DNA from: Promethearchaeota archaeon
Lineage (GTDB): Archaea; Asgardarchaeota; Lokiarchaeia; Sigyniarchaeales; SOKP01
Direction of reading: 5' to 3'
Length of the DNA stretch: 35,506 bases
Assembly (NCBI GenBank): GCA_048939995.1
Contig: JBHLOY010000017.1
Location: 1 to 35,506, forward strand
The position numbers and the translations under genes were made by a program. The notes beneath the pieces are model-generated. The model ran no database searches, was not told the origin of the DNA, and saw nothing but the letters and a program-made list of their open reading frames with translations. Below, piece after piece: positions 18,772 through 29,401 of the stretch; the stretch's first letter is position 1; each line of letters starts with the position of its first letter.

Positions 18772-19644
18772 ATGACTTTTTCGCATTTTGACTTTAATTA
18801 TATTGATGTGCATTGTCATTTCTTCCCACCTCAAATATTTAAGGCGATCTGGAATTTTTTTGAACGGCCTAATGACAAAAATAGAATTGAGGGGTGGCCA
18901 ATTAATTATAAATTATCAACAACTGAGTTAATACGAATTCTTGTTAAAAAAAGTGTAGATTTCTTCACAGCATATAATTATGCGCATAAAGAAAACGTAG
19001 CAGAGTATATAAATGACTGGACATATAATCTTACCTTAGATCATAAACAAGTTATTCCATTTGGATGTGTTTGGCCTCAGGATCATAATCGAGTTGAATA
19101 TGTCGTAAAGTCTTTTGAAGAATACAACTTCTATGGAATAAAAATACAACCTTTAGTGCAAAACTTCTTCCTAAATGATGATAGAATGACTCCTATTTAT
19201 AAATTATTAATCGATAGAGGAAAGTGGTTAGCAGTTCATATCGGTACAGCTCCCTATCGTAATAAGTTTGTTGGTTATAAGGTTTTTCTGAAGTTCATTG
19301 AAAAATATGAGGATATGAATATTATTATAGCTCACATGGGAGCATTTGAATACCAGAAGTTTTTAAATTTATTAGACAAATATGAGAATCTATATTTAGA
19401 TACCGCAATGATTTACATTCCCAATAATATATTTCCTGAACGCGATAGTAAGCGACCAGGCCCTGAAAAGTTACTATCCTATCAAGACAGGATACTCTTT
19501 GGTTCAGATTTCCCAAATATTCCTTATGAATATGAAAATTCTACAAAGGGATTATTAGAGTTTAATCTTCCAAGAAAATTCTATGAAGCCATTTTTCACA
19601 ATAATGCAAAAAAGTTATTTAATATTAAATATAGCTCCCATTAG
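18772..19644 (+). CDS. Amidohydrolase_2 family TIM-barrel metal-dependent hydrolase
   Basis: IDVHCH, GIKIQP, VHIG, IAHMG, LDTA, ILFGSDFP, NAKKLF. Confidence 0.9.
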   Translation: MTFSHFDFNYIDVHCHFFPPQIFKAIWNFFERPNDKNRIEGWPINYKLSTTELIRILVKKSVDFFTAYNYAHKENVAEYINDWTYNLTLDHKQVIPFGCVWPQDHNRVEYVVKSFEEYNFYGIKIQPLVQNFFLNDDRMTPIYKLLIDRGKWLAVHIGTAPYRNKFVGYKVFLKFIEKYEDMNIIIAHMGAFEYQKFLNLLDKYENLYLDTAMIYIPNNIFPERDSKRPGPEKLLSYQDRILFGSDFPNIPYEYENSTKGLLEFNLPRKFYEAIFHNNAKKLFNIKYSSH

Positions 19645-19647
19645 CAA

Positions 19648-20481
19648 TTATAACAGTAGTAAACTCAATGCCATTATAAACATACCAGTGATTATTCCCA
19701 ATATTGAATAGTGTTCTTTAGCCAATGAGCGCGAAACTGGTAATAATTCATCTAAAGAAATATAGATCATTATTCCCCCCACAATTCCTAACATAGCACT
19801 CAATACAATCTCACTTATAAAAGGAAATAATATTATCCACGTAATAATCGCACCCAAAGGCTCACTCATCCCCGATAAGAACGACCACTTGAATGCCTTC
19901 TTCTTATTTAAGGTAGAGGCATATATCGGTACTGATACAGCAATTCCTTCTGGAATGTTATGTAAAGCTATAGCAATGGTTAATAAGATTCCAAGATTCG
20001 CTTCTGTTAAAGTTCCTATAAAAGTTACAATTCCCTCAGGGAAGTTATGGATAAACACTCCGAAAAATATGAATATTGAAGTTTTCATTAAATTTATCTC
20101 TCGTTTTTCCCCTCGATGATGATACCTTCTACGATGTCTATGACCATAATGAAGGTGAGGTTTGTGTTCACCATTTTTATTTATGAAATACTCAATAGAA
20201 TCTTCAAATTCATATTGGTGTGACACTACCATATCAATCCCGAACATAATTAGCATGCCTAAAAAGAAAAATACCAACCCTAGAAAAAGACCCTGTGTCT
20301 CAATACTTGCTTGGAGTAATTCTACAAACGATACTAAAATCATTACTCCTGCTGAAAACCCCATGATGAATGAAAGAAACTTTGGGCTAGGGTTTTTCAT
20401 AAAAAATGAGATTATACTTCCAAAAGTAGTTGAAAGTCCCGCTAGTAGGCTTAGTAAAAGAGCAAATAAGATTGATTCCAT
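19648..20481 (-). CDS. zupT: ZIP family zinc/divalent metal transporter (ZupT-like)
   Basis: GFSAGVM, HNFPEG, ALHNIPEG, SEPLG, LDELLP; His/Arg-rich cytoplasmic loop. Confidence 0.88.
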   Translation of the reverse strand: MESILFALLLSLLAGLSTTFGSIISFFMKNPSPKFLSFIMGFSAGVMILVSFVELLQASIETQGLFLGLVFFFLGMLIMFGIDMVVSHQYEFEDSIEYFINKNGEHKPHLHYGHRHRRRYHHRGEKREINLMKTSIFIFFGVFIHNFPEGIVTFIGTLTEANLGILLTIAIALHNIPEGIAVSVPIYASTLNKKKAFKWSFLSGMSEPLGAIITWIILFPFISEIVLSAMLGIVGGIMIYISLDELLPVSRSLAKEHYSILGIITGMFIMALSLLLL

Positions 20482-20864
20482 TTTTAGCCTCTTCCTCTAA
20501 AAGCGATTCCTTTTTAATAAATAATTACCTAAAGAAGTTTTTTAAATTGACTTCCAGCAAAATTTTAGCCTTATTTGACTAATTTACATATCTAGATAAT
20601 AAAAACTTTAATATTATTTAGATCTGTCTAATTCTTTATAAATTATCTTTCTATTTAAACATTATTGAATATTATTAGTTAAGAATTTAACTACAATTAG
20701 TTTTCTGAATTATTTAGAATAAAGATTAAAACTAATCTAAAAATTAGAACAGAGAAAAGGAATTTAATTCTCTGATTTTTAATATTATAATCAATATTAA
20801 TACTATATATAATGTTGAAACATTTCATTATTTAAAATTATAGCTAATAAATTAGGATTAGAAA

Positions 20865-21887
20865 TTGAAGCCAATATCTATTAACGACAAACTTTTTTTT
20901 TTTGAGCGTAATTTTTTCACATTAGATGGATTATGGATGATTCAAACTGAAGAAGAAACGAGTTGGGAGATTGCGTTAAGTATTGATTTAAGTGTTTGGA
21001 AGAGGTTGCTGAAAATTGTCTTTCAGAGACTGAAAAAGTATTTAAATATAAAAAGTAATCATCTAATTGATCTTATCAGAATTCTGACATTTAGATGGTC
21101 TGTGGAAGGCTGGAATTATGAGATTTTTTTGACTAACCAATCTCAAGTCCAAATCATCATCAAAAGTTGCCCCTATTATGCTACAATGTATCGTAATCCC
21201 GATCGCCATCAAAAAATACCCTTAATATGCAACAATGTTTGTATTCCCTTATATGAATCTATTGTTCTTGAATTTAATAATAGTTTCAGGATAAGCAGAA
21301 GTCATTTTAAGGGATTAGGTGATAATGATTGTAATTTTGTCTTTAGTGAAAATGGCATATCTATTTCAAAAAAGTCTTTTGCTAAAGTTTTAGAGAAAAA
21401 GGTGGATAAGTATGGAAAATTGTTCTATTTTGAAAAGAATTTTAGAACACTTGATGGTTTATGGATTATTGAGGTTGAAAATCAAATTAATTTTGATACA
21501 GCATTAAAATTAGATATTAAAGTATGGCAAGAATTATATGAAATAATCTTTAGGAGAGTAATTAAATATTTGGACATTAAGAGCCGATCCCTTCAAGATC
21601 TTATTTTTATTTTATCATTTATCTGGAATTGTGAAGGCAATTATCATAAGATAATTAAAAAAAATGAGAGAGAGGTTATCATTAATATTAACAAGTGCCC
21701 TTATCTTGATGCCATGCAAAGAAATCCTGAACGTCATGATTATATTGCTTCAATTTGTAAAGAGATGTGTATACCATACTTAGAACCTGTTATTAAAAAT
21801 TTTAATCCAAAGATTAAATTAAAAAGAACAAAATTTATCGGAATAGGTAATGATATCTGTGATTTTCATTTTAAATTAGAGAAATAA
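20865..21887 (+). CDS. Tandem two-domain DUF6125 / ATC-hydrolase (V4R-like) protein
   Basis: Two copies of F(F/Y)FE(R/K)NFxTLDGLW...LDxxVW...CPY..M.RNP.RH...IC...CIP...FN...G.GxxxCxF. Confidence 0.75.
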   Translation: MKPISINDKLFFFERNFFTLDGLWMIQTEEETSWEIALSIDLSVWKRLLKIVFQRLKKYLNIKSNHLIDLIRILTFRWSVEGWNYEIFLTNQSQVQIIIKSCPYYATMYRNPDRHQKIPLICNNVCIPLYESIVLEFNNSFRISRSHFKGLGDNDCNFVFSENGISISKKSFAKVLEKKVDKYGKLFYFEKNFRTLDGLWIIEVENQINFDTALKLDIKVWQELYEIIFRRVIKYLDIKSRSLQDLIFILSFIWNCEGNYHKIIKKNEREVIININKCPYLDAMQRNPERHDYIASICKEMCIPYLEPVIKNFNPKIKLKRTKFIGIGNDICDFHFKLEK

Positions 21888-21899
21888 TATCCCCTTAGC

Positions 21900-23765
21900 T
21901 TAATATATCTTTTTAAAGAATTCTATTTGTTTTTTAGTGATAGATATAATCATAGTTTTTTCTTCATTAGAAATTGAATACAATCTAAAAATTATATTAT
22001 CATTTTCTTTTATGTATTGTTTAGCTTGGGCAGACAGTATTCCTTTATATTTAGATAATTCATTGGAGATTTTTTCAGCTCTACCAATTATCTTTTGCTT
22101 TATATCTTGTTGACAGTGGATTATCGGAAGGTGTCTTATCATATATTGATTCAAATTAATTGTGGTGTTTTGTTGGTTATTAATTCCGTAAATACAATAG
22201 AACTGCATAATAATTGAATTAAGTATTCCGCACAAATATTTCAATTCAGAAACATCAGAATGTAGAAGAGAATATATTGATGAGGTAAAACATACCTTTT
22301 CTTCTGTGAATAGAGCTTGAGGATAAACGTTATTATGTTTAATAAGTAATTTGGGATTAATATAATATTCTAAATGGTTTCCCTTTAAATTTTTAGCATT
22401 TATTTTATCTAAATTGAGGGATTTATTTTTTTGAAAATAAAAATACGTAAAATCTTCTTTAGCATTAATGAATAAACAAGATTTGTCAGGATTATCTACT
22501 ATCAGGGTTTTTATCATTTTTAATCCTTTTGCTTCTTCACCTCGTATCATATTTGGAAATGCTTGGATATTCAAATAATTTAAATCGCCTTTTTGTTCAA
22601 TTTTGTTAATAATTTTTAATATTTCTTGACTAGGTTTAATTCTAATACGATTCATTAATGATGTTTCAGAAAAACAGTATGGGCAGATCTTCTGAAAAGT
22701 ATATACAAAAACCTTTCTGGTTTTGTCATATAAATTACAATTTTTGTTATTACAAATTCTAAGAGCATCTACTTTCTGATTTTTATACAGAATGACTTCA
22801 CTGTTAGGGTATTTATAGACTCTTAAATCCTTTGAGTTATTTGCTCTTTTTTCATAAATGATTATTTGAACTTCGTTAGTTGCTTTTTTAAAAACATTAG
22901 GTCCGACATCATAAATTTTCAACAGATTGGTTTTAAACAAGAGCAAATTTCTAAAATTTACATATCCTTGCCTAAATAGAAAGCTCTTAGGCACTAAAAA
23001 TGCTATTATTTTATCCGTCCAATCAATAGCTTTTAAGATAAAGGCACAATAAATATCATTGTAAAATATATCATCCTCCTTAAGGATTTGTTTATCATTT
23101 TCCTTGAGAATATTACCATATGGTGGGTTTCCAATAATCATATCAAAATTATCATGTTGAAGCTCAATCAAACTATTTTTTAACTTTAAATTTGAATCTA
23201 AAATAAATATTGTTTGTTTTAATTGAGCAAAATTTTCGTCAAATAGCCATCTCAATAGTTTTAGTTTACTTAATTTTAATGCAGATTTGTTAATTTCAAA
23301 ACCATAGAGGTTTCTCAAGATTGTTAGCTTTAGATTTTCAAGATCTCCTTCAAGGTTAAGCTTTAGTATTAAGTCATAAAGCATTTCAGCAGCACTTATA
23401 ATGAAAACTCCAGAACCACAAGCTGGATCACAAATTCTAATACTTAATAAAACTTTTTTAACTTTACTTAAGATTTTAGGTTCAAGTGAATATAAATCAG
23501 TAAATTTAGTAACTTTTAGTGGCTCTAACATATTATTCAATAGTGAGATTAATGCTTGAGAGAAAATAAAGTCTGAAATCTCTTTCTTGGTATAAAATAC
23601 ACCCTCTTTCTTGCGGTTAGTATAGTTCTTTTCAAAAAGTTTTTCAACACTATCAATTAGATTTAAGTCTTCTTTTAACTTTGAGAATTTTTTGAAAGAA
23701 ATTGCACTTAAAACAGAAAGATATAAGTCGTTGATTTCTTGGAAATTATTCTCTGAAAATTTCAT
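21900..23765 (-). CDS. N6-adenine DNA methyltransferase (TaqI/Eco57I-like, gamma order) with TaqI_C-like TRD
   Basis: GVFYT, ICDPACGSGVF (motif I) before IIGNPPY (motif IV); C-terminal YLCGILNS...LPI. Confidence 0.88.
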   Translation of the reverse strand: MKFSENNFQEINDLYLSVLSAISFKKFSKLKEDLNLIDSVEKLFEKNYTNRKKEGVFYTKKEISDFIFSQALISLLNNMLEPLKVTKFTDLYSLEPKILSKVKKVLLSIRICDPACGSGVFIISAAEMLYDLILKLNLEGDLENLKLTILRNLYGFEINKSALKLSKLKLLRWLFDENFAQLKQTIFILDSNLKLKNSLIELQHDNFDMIIGNPPYGNILKENDKQILKEDDIFYNDIYCAFILKAIDWTDKIIAFLVPKSFLFRQGYVNFRNLLLFKTNLLKIYDVGPNVFKKATNEVQIIIYEKRANNSKDLRVYKYPNSEVILYKNQKVDALRICNNKNCNLYDKTRKVFVYTFQKICPYCFSETSLMNRIRIKPSQEILKIINKIEQKGDLNYLNIQAFPNMIRGEEAKGLKMIKTLIVDNPDKSCLFINAKEDFTYFYFQKNKSLNLDKINAKNLKGNHLEYYINPKLLIKHNNVYPQALFTEEKVCFTSSIYSLLHSDVSELKYLCGILNSIIMQFYCIYGINNQQNTTINLNQYMIRHLPIIHCQQDIKQKIIGRAEKISNELSKYKGILSAQAKQYIKENDNIIFRLYSISNEEKTMIISITKKQIEFFKKIY

Positions 23766-23886
23766 CTTTTTAAATTGATTGAATTATTAATCCTATAAAA
23801 AAGAATTTAACCCATGAACAATATACATCTTATGGAGATTATTCTTTATCTTTTTATATTTTTATTGATATAATATAAGTTGAAAT

Positions 23887-24375
23887 ATGACCAATAAGGA
23901 AGAAGAAGATTATTACGGAGTTGCTCCTATAAAGACAGTTATCAAAAAAATGAAAAAAGACTATGATAAGGATTCCAAAGGATGGCGAATAATTGGAACA
24001 AAGGATGATCATGGCAATACAGATACATTTATTACAAAAAAACCCGATGCATATTGGTTAAAATCCAAGATGTTGAATCCTTATTCTTCTTTGACAATGG
24101 GTGCCACTGTACGTAATATTGATAAAGATATTGACGAAAAGATTGGAAAAAAGATGTCACCAGATGATATGCTACGTCTGTTTGGAATGGTTGTGCCAAT
24201 TAACACTGATCAAAACATTATTGCGGCTGGTATAGAAAAGTATTCACATAATCATGGTAACTATCTAAAAAAAATCATCCAAGAAAAGGAGACGAATTTA
24301 GGATATCAACTTGCACGAAGAGTGGACGAGGAATTTACTCGAAAACATCCTCAAAGAAAAAATTTGTATATTTAA
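23887..24375 (+). CDS. Hypothetical protein
   Basis: 162-aa ORF of normal globular composition, divergent from the MTase. Confidence 0.75.
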   Translation: MTNKEEEDYYGVAPIKTVIKKMKKDYDKDSKGWRIIGTKDDHGNTDTFITKKPDAYWLKSKMLNPYSSLTMGATVRNIDKDIDEKIGKKMSPDDMLRLFGMVVPINTDQNIIAAGIEKYSHNHGNYLKKIIQEKETNLGYQLARRVDEEFTRKHPQRKNLYI

Positions 24376-24423
24376 TTGATCCTTAATTCCAAAAGTTTGA
24401 AAATTAGAAAAAATCTTTAAAAA

Positions 24424-24843
24424 TTATTTCACTTTTTCTTTTAAAATGTTTAAATTATCTTTTCCTTTAACTATAGGCAAATTTGCAGAATATTTTGAAG
24501 CATTATTTGTGAGTTCTGTTATAATAGCATTCATTTTATCAGAACCAGATTTACTTTCAAGTGTTTGAGCAAATTCTTTTAAGGAAAGGACATTTAAATC
24601 TTGAATGTAGAAAGAAACTCCCTTTTCGACTTCTTCGAGTAAAAACTGATACGATAACTCTGCATCTCTTTCTCTTTTAATAAGGGGTTCTGTTGGATCC
24701 TCAAATGTATATGAGATTTCTATCCAGCGAGACCCATTAGGATCTGCCGGGACCATCCCAAAAATATAATCATCAGTATAAAGCCAAATCGGAGTTCCAT
24801 TATTATAGGATGAATCAATAATTGCTTTAAATTCCTCACTCAT
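24424..24843 (-). CDS. Hypothetical protein
   Basis: 139-aa acidic globular ORF. Confidence 0.75.
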   Translation of the reverse strand: MSEEFKAIIDSSYNNGTPIWLYTDDYIFGMVPADPNGSRWIEISYTFEDPTEPLIKRERDAELSYQFLLEEVEKGVSFYIQDLNVLSLKEFAQTLESKSGSDKMNAIITELTNNASKYSANLPIVKGKDNLNILKEKVK

Positions 24844-24997
24844 TATAACTCAGTTTTTTTATATAAATTGGTGTTTATAATAACTAGCATAATTAAGAAT
24901 TGCTTTTTTAATTTATTATCAAAAATATCTTATTTTAATCTTAGCTTTTCTACGCTTTTATAAATGATTTTTTAATAAGAAAAGATTATTATAAACT

Positions 24998-25771
24998 ATG
25001 CGGGTACTTAATTATAATAAATTGACTGAGGCTATTCAGAGTTGGATAAAGAACTATGTTTTTTCTGCTAATGCCAACGGAGTAGTCTTAGGTTTGAGTG
25101 GTGGTATTGATAGTTCTGTGACAGCAGCATTATGTGTAAATGCAATTGGTAATAAGAATGTAATGGGATTAGGCCTTCCATGTGAATCGGTATCTCAAGA
25201 TCTTGAAGACGCTAAGTTGATTGCGGATCATCTAGGAATTAAATTGACAATCATAAATTTAGAAAACTCCTATAATCAACTAGTCCAATCCCTTTCGCCC
25301 TACTTTGAACCCAACAAAATCTCAAAAGCTAATATTAAACCAAGACTTAGAATGATTTCTTTGTATTATGTTGCTCAATCTATAGATAATTATTTAGTAG
25401 CAGGTACGGGTAATAGATCTGAACTGGCAATTGGATATTTTACTAAATATGGAGATGGGGGGGTAGACTTTGAGCCTTTGGGGATGCTGTATAAAAGTGA
25501 AGTAAAGGAAATCGCGAAGCAACTCAAACTTCCTGAAAGGATAATTAAAAAACCCCCTTCTGCTGGATTATGGCCTGGACAAACTGATGAAGGTGAGATT
25601 GGGATTAGTTACAGTGAACTAGATGAAATTTTATACAGATTGGATCATAAATTAGAGATTAATGATTTAAATGAGAAAAAAGTTGAAAAAGTTAAAAGTA
25701 TGATCGCTTCTACAAATCATAAGTTAAAAGTGCCCCCTGTATTCGAAGTCGACAATAATATGTCAGATTAA
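24998..25771 (+). CDS. nadE: NH3-dependent NAD+ synthetase
   Basis: GLSGGIDS, NIKPRLRM, GTGNRSE, GYFTKYGDG, KPPSAGLWPGQTDE, HK; no glutaminase domain. Confidence 0.96.
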   Translation: MRVLNYNKLTEAIQSWIKNYVFSANANGVVLGLSGGIDSSVTAALCVNAIGNKNVMGLGLPCESVSQDLEDAKLIADHLGIKLTIINLENSYNQLVQSLSPYFEPNKISKANIKPRLRMISLYYVAQSIDNYLVAGTGNRSELAIGYFTKYGDGGVDFEPLGMLYKSEVKEIAKQLKLPERIIKKPPSAGLWPGQTDEGEIGISYSELDEILYRLDHKLEINDLNEKKVEKVKSMIASTNHKLKVPPVFEVDNNMSD

Positions 25772-25784
25772 ATTACATTTTAAA

Positions 25785-27143
25785 CTATAAACTAGCAATT
25801 ATCCTTCTAATTTTATTTATCCTTGAAGTAATTTCATCTAATCTGCTTTTAAGTTTATCATTCTGATTTTTATGATCAGCCTCGGAAATGGATCCTTTTT
25901 GATAGTTGTTATCTAATTCCTTAAAATTTTTTTCTAACGCATATCTTTTTCCTTCTAGAGCAATTAATTCTTGATACAAAGAATCCTTATCATTTGGTAA
26001 CTCTTCGTCTTCTGATATGGGAGTTAATTCTTGACTAATAAATTTCTTAGATTGACTTAGATTAATAAATGAGGCAATTGGGGGAGTTTCTTTAGTTGGT
26101 TCTTTAATAGGTCTCATAGGTGCTTTTAATTCAGCTTTTTTTTCTTTTGGTTTTGAGACTTTTTCCCCAACTGATGAAAAAACATTAAAAAGGTCCATTG
26201 AACTTGACTTAATAGTACCAGTTTCAACTTCCTCAACTTTCATAGATGAAACTTTTGGTTTTTCAACTGAAAAGACAACAGATTGCTTTTCCTCTACTTC
26301 TGCCTTTTTAGGTTCGTCAACAGACTCTTCAACAACAATCGGAGTGATTTTACGCTTTTCTGTAATTATTGGAATCTCTTCAAGCTCTTTTGGGACTTCA
26401 AAACGAGGTTTCTCATCTTCAATTACATCTGGATTTGGTAGTGTATCATTAAACTTTGTTTCTGCATCCGAGTTTAATGGAATTGGAGTCAAATCCTTGT
26501 GATCATTACTAAATTCTATAGGATTCTCGGTTATTGGTTGAGGTTCATCTATTTCAGGTTTAGGCTTAACTTCTGGTTTTACAATTGGTTTTTTGAAAAC
26601 TGGGATCTTAATTTTGGGAGGAGGTAATTTTGGCTCTTTGCTTAATATGATTTTTTGAACTCTTTTCTTTTGAGAAATAGATTGAAGAGTTTTATCCTTT
26701 TGTTCTAGTTCTTTTTTAAGTTCTTCAATCTTTCCTTTTAAACCTTCAATTTCTCCTTTGAATTGTTCTGATACTTTGTCTACTATCTTTGTTACATCAA
26801 TTTCTGTTCTTTCAGTAATTTGTTCATGACTGGCTTTTAAATCTTCTTTTAATGGTTTTTTTCTACTTTGAGGAATATTCAATAAGTCTCTAATATCGTT
26901 AGGAATTGAGGTTTCTAAAAACCATAAATCCAATGTATCCCAATCTTCTAATTTTTGAAGGATCGATTTAATAAGATTATTATGTTCTGGGAATTCATCT
27001 AAATTAGAGATTTCGCTGAAATGTTCGATAAGGAGTTCCCTAGCATCTATTTCATCATCTGGGGATGGTTCTCCTTCTGTTAAGAATTTAAATATTTCTG
27101 TGATCTCCTTGATTTCCGAATTAAATTTCTCTTCCTCAGTCAT
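25785..27143 (-). CDS. Coiled-coil / Pro-Glu-Lys-rich hypothetical protein
   Basis: N-terminal helical domain, heptad coiled coil, PKLPPPKIKIP, long low-complexity linker, C-terminal helical hairpin. Confidence 0.8.
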   Translation of the reverse strand: MTEEEKFNSEIKEITEIFKFLTEGEPSPDDEIDARELLIEHFSEISNLDEFPEHNNLIKSILQKLEDWDTLDLWFLETSIPNDIRDLLNIPQSRKKPLKEDLKASHEQITERTEIDVTKIVDKVSEQFKGEIEGLKGKIEELKKELEQKDKTLQSISQKKRVQKIILSKEPKLPPPKIKIPVFKKPIVKPEVKPKPEIDEPQPITENPIEFSNDHKDLTPIPLNSDAETKFNDTLPNPDVIEDEKPRFEVPKELEEIPIITEKRKITPIVVEESVDEPKKAEVEEKQSVVFSVEKPKVSSMKVEEVETGTIKSSSMDLFNVFSSVGEKVSKPKEKKAELKAPMRPIKEPTKETPPIASFINLSQSKKFISQELTPISEDEELPNDKDSLYQELIALEGKRYALEKNFKELDNNYQKGSISEADHKNQNDKLKSRLDEITSRINKIRRIIASL

Positions 27144-27390
27144 GAACGCTATTAGGTTATTTTATTTTTAAAATCTAGCTATAAATTTCTATTTAAATAT
27201 TAAATTAATTTTCATAAATTTATTTTTTTGTAATATAAAAGACCATATATTTAGATTCTTAATTAGAGTAAATTAATTTTGATATATATTTATTAACTCT
27301 AAAGGAAATAAGTTTAACATTTATTTTAAAGAAAAAATAGTACTAAAGATTTAATTACGTACTTAAGTCAATATTTAATGTGAGAAGATA

Positions 27391-28800
27391 TTGATAACTG
27401 AAAAATTACCATTAAAATCAAAATTAGCATATGGGGGTTTAGGTGCAGGTATTAATTTATCTTCGAATATTGCATTTTCAGCAATTACTTTCTTCTATAA
27501 TACGGTTTTAGGTTTAAATGCCGAATTGATTGGAATTGCGTGGTTAATCTTTGCATTTTGGAATGCGATTAATGATCCCCTATTTGGTTTCATTGAGGAT
27601 CACACTAAATCAGAAAAATATGGGAGGAGAATACCATATATTCGATTTGGTGCCCCAATTTATGGAATAGTGTTCATATTATGCTGGACTCCATTTGTTG
27701 ATATAAATAATCAAACAGCTCTTTTCTTTAATTTTATTATTATTTTATTTGTTTTTGATACATTATTTACAATTTTAGGCCTGATAAATTTCACCCTTCC
27801 TGCTGAAATGGCTATTACTGCTAAAGAAAGAGGAAATTTATTGGTATATAGCAATGTAATTACCTCTTTTTCACTGTTATTATCTTTTGTTTTACCAATT
27901 TTATTACTGACTGGAAATGATTCACCTGATGCTCCAATAGTTTTTTATATTGCAATGATTTTTGTTGGAATCTTATCTACAGCGATTTTATTCCTAAGTA
28001 GTTTTTATTTAAAAGAAAATAAGTATACTCAAATGGAAGATACCCTCCCAATCATAAAAGGAATAAAAGAAACTTTCAAAAATGAACCATTTCTCATCTT
28101 TGAAATTTCAAACTTCTCTTTTACTATGGCTCAAACAATCCTTACAACAGCTATTTTTTACTACGTTGATTATGTTTTAATTTTAACTGGCTTTATAACC
28201 ACAATTCCTTTAATAATCGTATTTCTTATGATCTTTGCCTTTTTAGCGGTATTTAATAAATTGATTAGTAAATATGGGGTAAAGAAAACCTTCATCCTTG
28301 CTATGTTATGGTCAGGTTTGAGCTTCCTTTTGACCTTTTTCATTGGTTGGAACTTATTCTCTGCTATGATAGGGTTTATCTTAATCGGTATTGGAATTTC
28401 CGGTTATATGTTATCTAACCAAATTGTAATAGCCGATATTGTTGATTATGATGAGGTTAGAACCGGAAAACGTAGAGAAACAACTTATTCAGGAATTAAT
28501 GCATTACTTACAAAACCAGCTATCTCAGTGGCAAACTGGTTATTTCTAGTAATAATAGGCGTCTCTGGGTTCGAACCGGAACAGATAACTCAAGATTTTC
28601 TCGCTCAGTTGGGAATCATGGTTGGATTCTATCTTATTCCTTCAATTTTTTTAGTCTTAGGAGCTGTTTTAATGTTTTTATACCCATTAGATGGTCCTGA
28701 ATGGCTCTCTAAAAAAAATGACTTGATTAAAATTCATAAAGAAAAAGAACTTGACTATGTAAAATACATTGAAAATAAAAGAAGTGCTGATAAAAAGTGA
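27391..28800 (+). CDS. GPH family (MFS_2, MelB-like) glycoside:cation symporter
   Basis: WNAINDPLFG, GRRIPYI, ADIVDYDE..TGKRRE..YSG; about 12 TM. Confidence 0.92.
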   Translation: MITEKLPLKSKLAYGGLGAGINLSSNIAFSAITFFYNTVLGLNAELIGIAWLIFAFWNAINDPLFGFIEDHTKSEKYGRRIPYIRFGAPIYGIVFILCWTPFVDINNQTALFFNFIIILFVFDTLFTILGLINFTLPAEMAITAKERGNLLVYSNVITSFSLLLSFVLPILLLTGNDSPDAPIVFYIAMIFVGILSTAILFLSSFYLKENKYTQMEDTLPIIKGIKETFKNEPFLIFEISNFSFTMAQTILTTAIFYYVDYVLILTGFITTIPLIIVFLMIFAFLAVFNKLISKYGVKKTFILAMLWSGLSFLLTFFIGWNLFSAMIGFILIGIGISGYMLSNQIVIADIVDYDEVRTGKRRETTYSGINALLTKPAISVANWLFLVIIGVSGFEPEQITQDFLAQLGIMVGFYLIPSIFLVLGAVLMFLYPLDGPEWLSKKNDLIKIHKEKELDYVKYIENKRSADKK

Positions 28801-28816
28801 ATGCTGTTAATTACTT

Positions 28817-29401
28817 TCACTTATTCAAAACGCTATAAATCTCTTTCTTGCTTGAATGCTTATAGAGAGAAATCTCACCGTCACAAATTATGCAATAAGT
28901 GCCATACGGGTACACTCCATTTTGTTGCGCTTCTTTACAATTATTAATTTTAATAGCTTTAACTTTATCTTTTGTATTCGCAGTTTTCAATTCTTCTACA
29001 AGGTCTGTAATATAAGGACATTGATCCGTAAAAATTATCACTGCACCTTGGGAACACTCTTTTTGATTCTTTTCAATCATAGGATAAAAGCGGGGTTTTG
29101 GAGCATTTTTATTAAAGGCTTTTGCATATAAACTAAAATTGGGTGCTATTTCATCAACTTTTTCAAATCCATTGTTCAGAAAGATTTTTTTGTTTGGAAG
29201 CCAACCTCCTTTTTCTGCTGACATACCCACAATCCCATGCATTCCTAGCCTTTTTGCATCTTCAACCGCGTTTTGTAGTAATTTGTTCCCATGTCCTTTA
29301 TTTTTTGCTTTACCAACAAGCCATAAGCAATGGATAACCATCCAACCATCAGCTTGTATCCCGCGCCAGTTGTATTCTCCTGGAATGTATTCGATTATTC
29401 C
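28817..29401 (-). pseudogene. GNAT acetyltransferase with YoaP-like C-terminus, apparently 5'-truncated
   Basis: Family-like sequence GIIEYIPGEYNWRGIQADGW lies in frame upstream of ATG 29341; KNKGHGNKLL acetyl-CoA loop, TDQCPY, EAQQ; no ATG/GTG/TTG in frame before the TGA at 29488. Confidence 0.6.

Noticed and set aside
21900-24843. Complete restriction-modification or defence island
   Set aside because: No recognisable nuclease, specificity subunit or other defence gene; the flanks are housekeeping-like (nadE).
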